Below are positions 56,762 through 64,000 of a stretch of 64,000 nt of DNA, in pieces (position 1 is the stretch's first letter; the number at the start of each line of letters is the position of its first letter). Below the pieces are notes generated by a model. The model worked only from the letters and a program-made list of their open reading frames with translations, had not been told where the DNA came from and did no database searches. A program made the translations under genes and the position numbers. Origin of the DNA: Polyangiaceae bacterium (GTDB lineage: Bacteria > Myxococcota_A > Polyangia > Polyangiales > Polyangiaceae); contig JANRKO010000038.1 of NCBI GenBank assembly GCA_033763455.1, forward strand, positions 1 through 64,000, given 5' to 3'.

Positions 56762-57597
56762 TGAAGATTGATAAGGCCGCAGGCGATTTTGGCACCAGCT
56801 TGTGGATCACCGGCTGCGTGAACCATGAAGGAGAATTGAGTGACATCTGTGTCGGTATCACCCCCACCCACCGTCCACGTGGTTGTTGCCTTCGAAACTT
56901 CGTGCGTTCCGACGCCGTCCGCACAAGTATAATTGCCCAGATTTTCGCCGTTAGGCTGCCAATGGCCCCCAGCATTAGCCGCAGCGGTTCCCCCGCAATC
57001 CTTGACCAAGTGCAAATGCGAAGCGTGCGGGCCTGCAGGACAATTCGTTAGCGCGATCACCAGCGTTACGGTGTTTCCAACCTGTGTAAAAGTGGCTGTG
57101 CCGGCAATTTGACTACCATCAACGGCCGTGATCGTAGCGATGGCTACAGGATTGGCAGAGCCGCCACCTCCAGTGCCGCCCGCGTTGGGCGTGCCACCAC
57201 TTGCTGCTCCACCACTTGCTGCCCCACCACTTGCACTTGCTGCTCCACCACTTGCACTCGCTGCTCCACCACTCGCACTCGCTGCTCCACCACTTGCACT
57301 CGCTGCTCCACCACTTGCACTCGCTGCTCCACCACTCGCACTCGCTGCTCCACCACTCGCACTCGCTGCTCCACCACTCGCACTCGCTGCTCCACCACTC
57401 GCACTCGCTGCTCCACCACTCGCACTCGCTTTGCCCCCACTGGCTTGAGCCGCTCCGCCGGTACCAACCGAAGGTTTTCCGCCGGTGCCGCCACCCGTGC
57501 CGCCGGTGCCAGCGTCATCGCTGCAGGAAACCGATGCGACAGCAGCGCTGCCGATGGCAAGCGCGATAAGAAGACCTTGGATGCGAAGTGAAGTCAT
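56758..57597 (-). CDS. Cu/Zn-SOD-fold (SodC-like) lipoprotein with a long Ala/Ser/Gly tether
   Basis: Lipobox SVSC; GTATFTQ, HASHLH, C...AGGHW, LGN, VHAAGD, IACG; start refined to 57597. Confidence 0.82.
   Translation of the reverse strand: MTSLRIQGLLIALAIGSAAVASVSCSDDAGTGGTGGGTGGKPSVGTGGAAQASGGKASASGGAASASGGAASASGGAASASGGAASASGGAASASGGAASASGGAASASGGAASASGGAASASGGAASGGAASGGTPNAGGTGGGGSANPVAIATITAVDGSQIAGTATFTQVGNTVTLVIALTNCPAGPHASHLHLVKDCGGTAAANAGGHWQPNGENLGNYTCADGVGTHEVSKATTTWTVGGGDTDTDVTQFSFMVHAAGDPQAGAKIACGLINLQ
57220..57429. repeat. In-frame 21-bp tandem repeat, 10 copies (ASASGGA)
   Basis: TGCTCCACCACT(C/T)GCACTCGC units. Confidence 0.95.
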
Positions 57598-57920
57598 AAA
57601 ATTCGTATTCCTTGGGTGGGAAGAAACCGGCACACGGGGAGCGGCAGGCGGCGTAGTTATATCCAAGTTGCAGGACTCGGAAACTCCCAATTGCAAGTTT
57701 TCCAAGCTCTATTTCAGGCCTTTCTACCGCAAGCCGCAAAACTCTAAGTGTTGCTGGAAGCCGCAACCCGCGGCGCTTACGCGACAATGCCATGGGGCGC
57801 GTCCCCATAGTGTGGTCTTGTCGCCCACAGGTACACCACACACACCAGCGACAAACGCGCACGTTCAACGGCACCCCAAACGTGGCCTGGTGGGTCCTTG
57901 CGAGTCAGACTAAGTGTCCC

Positions 57921-58949
57921 TTGGCGCGTCCTCCGACAAACCGCAGCTCTGGCCGGATTCGATGCTTCAGCCCCGCGCTTGCTCTGGGTTTGCTGGCTGC
58001 GGCATGTGGCCCGTTGAACAGCGAGGAGCCGGTCATTTTTTCAGTCATGCCGGCCCAGATTGCTGCCGGCACCACGCCAGAGATCCAAGTACTTGGCAAC
58101 AATTTCTTCGCCTCGGCAGGCGTGGACCTCAATTCACGTAAGGATGTTTCAGTGAACACATCGTTTCAGATCCACGTCGGAGATCTCGCGGCGCAAGAGG
58201 TTCATTTTTGGGGGGTTCACAAGCTCACGTTTATGGCGCCCGTGGGTCTGGTCCCGGGGTTGCATTCACTCACCGTGGAGACGCCCCACGGTAAACGCGC
58301 CATCTTGGAGCGAGCCATAACGGTGTTAAGGCCGGAACTCCCTGGCAGCGGTGGGACTGGCGGCAAACCGAACTTAACCTTTAGCGGCAGCGGAGGAGTG
58401 ACAAACACGGCTGGCGGCAGCCGTGGCACCATGAACACCGGCAGTAGCAGCAGCACGAGCGGTGGCGCTACCAACACCACAGGCGGCTCCCGCGGAACCG
58501 GCACCTTACCGGGTTGCATTCAGCAGACGTACGGACCATCCACTTTCTTGTTCTGCCCGGACCAATTCGTGAACTGGGACGAGGCGCGCGCGTTGTGCCA
58601 AAGCCTCAATATGGACCTCCCTCGCATTAATTCCGCGGCCGAGAACAACTTCGTGCTGATGGGCATGCAAGCGGCTCAAGTCGACTACATCTGGCTGGGC
58701 GCCAATGATCGAACGGCGGAGGGCTCTTGGTGTTGGCTCAACGGAGATCCGCTGTGGACAGGCGAGGTAGCGGGTATGCCCGTTGGCAACGCGTACACCA
58801 ATTGGGACGCGGGACAACCCGACAACAACAGCCCACTTGCCAAAGGCGAAGACTGCGCGCTACTGCAGGAAGACATCACGGTCGCTTTCTGGGCGGACCA
58901 TGAATGCAGTCGTCGATTCACAGGACTGGGGTGCCAAGCAATCCCCTGA
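57921..58949 (+). CDS. C-type lectin domain lipoprotein with an N-terminal IPT/TIG-like domain (start uncertain)
   Basis: LAAAC lipobox; W.EA...C, L..INS..EN, WLGAND...EG.W.W, NW..GQPDN, EDC, WAD..C. Confidence 0.8.
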   Translation: MARPPTNRSSGRIRCFSPALALGLLAAACGPLNSEEPVIFSVMPAQIAAGTTPEIQVLGNNFFASAGVDLNSRKDVSVNTSFQIHVGDLAAQEVHFWGVHKLTFMAPVGLVPGLHSLTVETPHGKRAILERAITVLRPELPGSGGTGGKPNLTFSGSGGVTNTAGGSRGTMNTGSSSSTSGGATNTTGGSRGTGTLPGCIQQTYGPSTFLFCPDQFVNWDEARALCQSLNMDLPRINSAAENNFVLMGMQAAQVDYIWLGANDRTAEGSWCWLNGDPLWTGEVAGMPVGNAYTNWDAGQPDNNSPLAKGEDCALLQEDITVAFWADHECSRRFTGLGCQAIP

Positions 58950-58994
58950 AGCGAGAGCTTGCAATGCACCTGCCGCTTCACGCCAACTACAAGC

Positions 58995-60191
58995 CTAGTT
59001 GGCTGGGCACCCGCGCACTTTGCTCACCGAAAAATTCGCAAAGAGCACAGTATCCTCTTCGGGGCGCAGCGCGGCGCTATCAGCAAGGCTGCGATAAATA
59101 CCCCATTTGGGGCGAACGAAATCACCCGCACGCCAAAGATCGAGATTCGTTCTATCAACGTCGATGAGCACGGTACCGTCAAGCGTCTTTATCGTGAGCT
59201 TCAGGCTCCCAGTATCGGTGAACGTCGCCAAGACCGAAGCCTCCAGCCACTGCCCGCGCGCGGCGGTCCAAGAAGTGGATCCGAGAACTTGGTCAACCGC
59301 GGAATCTGCCTGGCGAATCTCCATGATATCAGTTCCGTTGCCCTTTTTAGCCCCGGTAATGGTGACAAGCGGGTGACTATCATCGCCCCCCACCGCCTTG
59401 AGCTGAAAGAAATGCGAAAAGTTCTTGGAAACAGGCATTGCGGCGTCGATCTTGAACTTCCAAGTAATCAGAAATGTCTCGGCGAGCCGAGCCTTGAGCG
59501 ACTCCGCAGAGCCATCATAGGTTTTGATCTCGTTGCGCTGGCGATCTGTCGCCCCCGTGTCGCGATCCCAATCATCATCCCGGTGGATCTTGAATACGAA
59601 ATGGTTGCCAACGGTGCCATCGCTGGCCTCTAGAATATGGGGAACGGCTGGGTGGTTAATCGCGTATAGATCCGGCGCTTCGATCGCCGCCGGCCCAAAC
59701 GCATCGTAGATGCGCATGTAAGTGTCGACTCCTCCGGGACCATCGGCGTCGAGCAACACCGTGGAGAGCACCTCCAGGCCGCCAGCACACGCGCCACCTC
59801 CAGTGCCACCACCTCCCGATCCACTCGTGCCGCCCGATGCGCTAACACTTCCTCCAACGCCAACGTTGCCGCCTGCCGAGCCAACAACTCCCCCGGTCCC
59901 GCCCAGAGCGGCAGCGTTTCCGCCCGTCGAACCAGTAACCGTACCGCCACCGGTACTGCCGCCACCGGTACTGACTCCAACGCCACCTGTGCCCACCACG
60001 CCAGCGCGCCCGCCAGTCCCACCCATTCCCGCTCCGCCGCTCGCCGAAGAGGCGCCTCCGCTCACCCCTCCGCCGGGCACCAGCAGTTCTCCCCCAGAAC
60101 GCGTTTCGTTGCCGCAAGCGAAGCCACTCAGAATCGCCAAAGGGAGCGCTATCATCCAACTAGAACGCGCGAAGGCGGTCGTCTTCATCAT
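58995..60191 (-). CDS. Polysaccharide lyase-like (jelly-roll) lipoprotein
   Basis: Lipobox GFAC; Gly-rich linker; DRQRNEIK, WKFKI, HFFQLK, RPKWGIYR. Confidence 0.7.
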   Translation of the reverse strand: MMKTTAFARSSWMIALPLAILSGFACGNETRSGGELLVPGGGVSGGASSASGGAGMGGTGGRAGVVGTGGVGVSTGGGSTGGGTVTGSTGGNAAALGGTGGVVGSAGGNVGVGGSVSASGGTSGSGGGGTGGGACAGGLEVLSTVLLDADGPGGVDTYMRIYDAFGPAAIEAPDLYAINHPAVPHILEASDGTVGNHFVFKIHRDDDWDRDTGATDRQRNEIKTYDGSAESLKARLAETFLITWKFKIDAAMPVSKNFSHFFQLKAVGGDDSHPLVTITGAKKGNGTDIMEIRQADSAVDQVLGSTSWTAARGQWLEASVLATFTDTGSLKLTIKTLDGTVLIDVDRTNLDLWRAGDFVRPKWGIYRSLADSAALRPEEDTVLFANFSVSKVRGCPAN

Positions 60192-60322
60192 CAGGTATCT
60201 ACCATACTCTAGACTGCGCCGGCCGTCAGTCGATTCGAAGCCTTCCCCCGCCCCGTGCCCAGCCGAGGTAGACGCGTCGAACGGGGTCGAGGTATGCGGC
60301 AACCGATATGCAACGTTGGCCA

Positions 60323-61195
60323 ATGGATCTTCGCACGCTTGAGGCCATTGTGCGCGGGCTTGCAACCCACATACCGCGCCCACGTAAAAGCGGCGGGAGT
60401 ACTGCCTTGCCGCGTTATTGCTATACGGTGTGGGGCCGGCACCTAATCACCCTCCGCAAAATGGGCTGTACGCTCACCGATGCCAAAGTACTGGAGCTTG
60501 GCCCGGGCCATTCGCTCGGCAGTAGCTTGTGCGCGCTCTTCACTCTGGCTCGGGAAGCCCACGGCTTGGATCTTTTTGCTGTTCGGCAACCTGGCGCCGA
60601 AAACAGGATGCTCCCCGAACTTTCCGCGATGTTCCAGAGAAGGGAAGATTTGCCAGGCCGCAATGAATTTCCGAAGGCAAAGCCTTACCTTGAAGACCTT
60701 GCGCTGCCAGACGGCGAGCCCATCCGCAACGTAGACCGAGCGGACCTGGAAAGCAGGCTCCGATATCACGTGGAGGAGATCCATACCTTCGGAGATGATG
60801 GCAGCTTCGATCTTATCTTTTCTCAGGCGACGCTTCAACATATCGAAGACGTCGAGGGTTACTTCCGAGCGTTCGCTCGACTGTTAACCCGAGGTGGCTG
60901 GATGTCACATCAAATCGATTTTTCGTGCTTCGAAACCGCGAAACGCTGGAACGGGCACTGGCTCTACCCAGGCCCCCTCTGGCGCGTCATGCGCGGGAAT
61001 TATTGCCTCACCAACCGACGGCCGCTCTCCCATTACTTGGAGCTCGGTGACAGGTTCGGCTTCCGCTTGGTTGGTACGTTACCTACGCTCGACCGGACAG
61101 GCTACCCGTACGAAGCGCGCCGCGCTTGGTGTCAGGACTTCACACAGGCCGACTTCGAAACAAGCGGCGCGATGCTGGTTTGGCAAAAGGAATAA
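60323..61195 (+). CDS. Class I SAM-dependent methyltransferase
   Basis: VLELGPG, FDLIFSQATLQHI, LL..GG.M.HQID. Confidence 0.85.
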   Translation: MDLRTLEAIVRGLATHIPRPRKSGGSTALPRYCYTVWGRHLITLRKMGCTLTDAKVLELGPGHSLGSSLCALFTLAREAHGLDLFAVRQPGAENRMLPELSAMFQRREDLPGRNEFPKAKPYLEDLALPDGEPIRNVDRADLESRLRYHVEEIHTFGDDGSFDLIFSQATLQHIEDVEGYFRAFARLLTRGGWMSHQIDFSCFETAKRWNGHWLYPGPLWRVMRGNYCLTNRRPLSHYLELGDRFGFRLVGTLPTLDRTGYPYEARRAWCQDFTQADFETSGAMLVWQKE

Positions 61196-61279
61196 GACAG
61201 CGAGCACCTAGCCAGCAGCGCCGCGAAGATCAACGAACATGCGCGCGGCTCTGCCAATGCCAGTTGCGGCTCTGATCCG

Positions 61280-62371
61280 CTACTGAGAACACACAGTTTC
61301 AAACAGAGCCTCCCAACGAGGAATGATCTGACGGGTGTCGAAGCGTTGCCGGATGCGTTCGCTCGCGGCTGCCGACATGCGCGCGCGAAGAGCCGCGTCC
61401 TGCAATAGCGTAACGGTGGCGGCAGCGAGCGCAGCAACATCTCCGGCCGGAGCCAACAAACCCGTGACTCCATCGTCGATCACTTCTTCACCGCCAGCGT
61501 GTGTGGCTACAACAGGCAGCCCTAACCCTTGCGCCTCGATGACCGCATTGGGCGAACCCTCGTGGTCGCTCGTTGTAAGCATTATCGTCGCTTTGCGCAT
61601 GAGGGCGAACGGATTCTTCTGAAAGCCTAGCAGCTTGACGTGCGGCTCCAACCCCAAGTCCGCGAGTTGAGTGCGCGTGGTCGTGAGGAGGTTTCCATCC
61701 CCAGCAATCCAAAGTTCAGCGTCAACCTTGCGCCTCACCCATTCAAAGACCTTGAGTAGTAGATCGGGGCGCTTATCGAGTTGGAGCCTCCCAACCGCCA
61801 GAATGATTGGCCGCTCAGTTGCAGTGGGCTCCCAAGGAACGTTCGCCAACGTGTCAATGAACTCAAAGTCAGCCGGATTAGGGATCATTGTGGTCCTACC
61901 CCTTGCAAAGGGATAAACATATTCCAGCTCGCGTTGCATGCGGAGAGAGTTGGGGGCAAACTGATCAGCGTCGCGAACGAACGCATGCGAAAACAGCTTG
62001 CGTGCCACACCGTCGTGATACCGGGGACTTGTGCCAATCCGGGCCACCCACCTTGGCCGCATGCGGGTGAGGCGCAAGGCGCACCCCGTAATGATGTTGG
62101 CGGAGGTGAGAGTGCTAAGGAGCAATTGCGGGCGCAGTTTGGATATTAACCCAGCGAGGCGGTGGATAATGGCGGGCCCGGTGGCGGGGCCGTCGTAGCC
62201 AAGGCCATGGACTGGCACGTCTTCGGGCAAGGGGAAGGCGATATCATTGCGCATCAAGGCAAGTTCTGGCGAAAAGCGCGAACGATCTAAGTGAGCCACC
62301 AGGGTTGCGGCAAAACGCTGAGCGCCGCCGCGCGCCATGGATGGGCTAACGACAAGTACTCGCACCTTCAC
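61280..62371 (-). CDS. GT4-family glycosyltransferase
   Basis: GGAQR, IPNP, VGRL...K, GF..NP, EGSPNAVIEA...G.PVVAT; GTG start overlaps the upstream stop. Confidence 0.9.
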   Translation of the reverse strand: MKVRVLVVSPSMARGGAQRFAATLVAHLDRSRFSPELALMRNDIAFPLPEDVPVHGLGYDGPATGPAIIHRLAGLISKLRPQLLLSTLTSANIITGCALRLTRMRPRWVARIGTSPRYHDGVARKLFSHAFVRDADQFAPNSLRMQRELEYVYPFARGRTTMIPNPADFEFIDTLANVPWEPTATERPIILAVGRLQLDKRPDLLLKVFEWVRRKVDAELWIAGDGNLLTTTRTQLADLGLEPHVKLLGFQKNPFALMRKATIMLTTSDHEGSPNAVIEAQGLGLPVVATHAGGEEVIDDGVTGLLAPAGDVAALAAATVTLLQDAALRARMSAAASERIRQRFDTRQIIPRWEALFETVCSQ

Positions 62372-64000
62372 AGGGTACCTGTTCGAGAGGAATGTTGGTT
62401 GGGAGGGAGCCACTCGGTCATCGCACGGAGGGCGCCTGTTAGCATATTTCGGGGGGCGCGTTCGAAACCATCCAAGACTTCAATGTGCCCGTCGCAGTCG
62501 TAGGTGTGCGTGCCGAGGCAGCCGTCGAACCAATCCGCCTCAATGGTACCTACTTCGTGCTCGGCGTAGTGCTCCTCACTGAGCTCATCAATCTGGTGCA
62601 GGATGATCCGGCCTCCATAACGTTCGGAGGAATCTTGCCCTGGCCGAATCAACGCTCCATTTCGTAAAAAGACACGCCCCCCAGGCCTGGCTCCACGTAC
62701 GTTTGAAACCAGCGGGTTCTGCGGATGGCGAGTAAATGGCCCGAACGGGTTGCGTGAATAGAAGAGGTGGAGCTCATCGGCGGCCGAGGTCGCACCCTTG
62801 GGCGCGATGTTCGCAAGGATCCAGAATCGGTCGTTAGCTTGAAACCATGTCGCATCCACTGCATCCAGGGAATCAATAAGCACGCGGTCGAACACCCATT
62901 CATGAGGAAAAGCCAGCGCCCTCCAGAGCTCGATCCTGCGTTTTGCGCGGCGCTCGGGAATAATGTAGACCTCACCCTCCCACGTGAAGACGTAGGGATA
63001 CGAAAGATGATCCTCAGTGGCGAACGCGACCTTCGGCTCCGTTACCTGAGAATTGGCCTCATCAATGCTCACCCAAGAGATCAATGCTCGGCCCTGTTTG
63101 CGCACGTAATCCTCAAAGAACATGTACGTGCGCCCCTGGTGTCGCACGAGGGAAGGGTCGGCGTAGAACCTATCTCTGGGCGGGATTATGAAGTTGAACG
63201 GACCAGGCGCGCCCCCACTCTGTTGAGCTGTCCGACGCCAACCAATTCGCCAGGACTTCTGAGTACTGAGATCGAGAGCCACACGCTTCGCTGCGCGGCG
63301 GGCAAACTCGCCGCACCAATCAATGACCTCTGCACTGCTTGGAGGTGGGCTCTCATGAAACCCAGCTTGTATGGGCCCTTCACGAAAGGTCGCGAGAGAT
63401 TCAATTGCCCCCCAGCCACCCGTACGGAGCGCGCTCAAACGGCGCAGCGCGAATTCCGATGCTTTCCAATAGCCAAGGTTCTGATTCATGTGCAGCGAGA
63501 ACTCATGCAGACGGGAAAATGAACGATAAATGGTTCGCTTCTCGCCATTTTCGAGCGTCACCAGTAATTGCGTGATGCCAACCCGGCGCCCATCAAGCAT
63601 TTCCCTAAATGCAGTGGACGCGCGCCCGAATCCCGGCCCATCGCCGAGCTCTAGCGACCAAATCCCGTACTTGGCGTGGCGTGCGAGGGCCGCCGGAACA
63701 TCTCCCTGCAAATCCAAGAGCACATCAAGCGCTGCATGCTTCAACCTGCCCTCCGCCGTGCCATACCCGTCTTCGGACAAGGGCAGCAAGGGCAAAGGTC
63801 GCAGCATTTCGGATGCGTCTTCTTGTTCGAAGGCGTCCGTGGTGCCGCCCAGGCTCTTGGTCAGCTTTCGGTCCAACCATTCATACGCTTGAAACAAGCT
63901 CCCGCGTCGCCCTTGCGGGGAAGAACCGAAGAAGGATTTTTGCCTGGGCGTGTCACAGAGGACAACGAGAGCGCACTCCACGTCGCCGCTCTCCAAGATC
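62368..64000 (-). CDS. GINT1-N/GH43-like beta-propeller protein of a polysaccharide cluster; 5' end runs off the window
   Basis: FYADP, FFEDY, HLSYPYVF, IPE, VDAT, HPQNP, ARPGG, RPGQD, YG, HTY. Confidence 0.75.
   Translation of the reverse strand, partial: ILESGDVECALVVLCDTPRQKSFFGSSPQGRRGSLFQAYEWLDRKLTKSLGGTTDAFEQEDASEMLRPLPLLPLSEDGYGTAEGRLKHAALDVLLDLQGDVPAALARHAKYGIWSLELGDGPGFGRASTAFREMLDGRRVGITQLLVTLENGEKRTIYRSFSRLHEFSLHMNQNLGYWKASEFALRRLSALRTGGWGAIESLATFREGPIQAGFHESPPPSSAEVIDWCGEFARRAAKRVALDLSTQKSWRIGWRRTAQQSGGAPGPFNFIIPPRDRFYADPSLVRHQGRTYMFFEDYVRKQGRALISWVSIDEANSQVTEPKVAFATEDHLSYPYVFTWEGEVYIIPERRAKRRIELWRALAFPHEWVFDRVLIDSLDAVDATWFQANDRFWILANIAPKGATSAADELHLFYSRNPFGPFTRHPQNPLVSNVRGARPGGRVFLRNGALIRPGQDSSERYGGRIILHQIDELSEEHYAEHEVGTIEADWFDGCLGTHTYDCDGHIEVLDGFERAPRNMLTGALRAMTEWLPPNQHSSRTGTL

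Noticed and set aside
57109..57591. His-rich, Cys/Thr-rich and VVEQRVR ORFs
   Set aside because: These are alternative-frame translations of the 21-bp repeat in the SOD-like gene.

Overview
A GC-rich bacterial chromosome segment, most likely from a myxobacterium of the Polyangiaceae/Sorangiineae type. This is inferred from a MYXO-CTERM-like tail, many Gly-rich lipoproteins, and Uma2 and FGE-domain genes. Positions 1-12.3 kb hold a minus-strand polymorphic toxin locus. In order it has a Gly-rich lipoprotein, a 2044-aa Sec-signal SpvB/FG-GAP/RHS toxin with a URI/GIY-YIG-like tip, and an Imm26-like immunity gene. Two orphan RHS-core/toxin modules follow: one GIY-YIG tip with an LRR immunity gene, and one ART-like tip cut by two nested IS3-family elements. 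Its most unusual trait is a TM helix plus a lipobox-type signal embedded in the RHS core and kept in all three copies. A MazF-type toxin-antitoxin pair and a Uma2 gene flank the locus. The rest is mostly housekeeping or accessory: ilvA, an IcmA-like mutase, a cystathionine gamma-synthase, a sugar ABC transporter, dapD/dapE, sdhCAB, a RegB/RegA system with a RegA-type box, an Fe3+-type ABC transporter and the edge of a glycosylation cluster. Other notable elements are an attC-like site, an intergenic ~90-bp repeat array, a BNR-propeller/MoaD pair, and a Cu-only SOD-like lipoprotein coupled to a MauG/BthA-type di-haem enzyme. All family calls come from motif recognition by eye, not from database searches.
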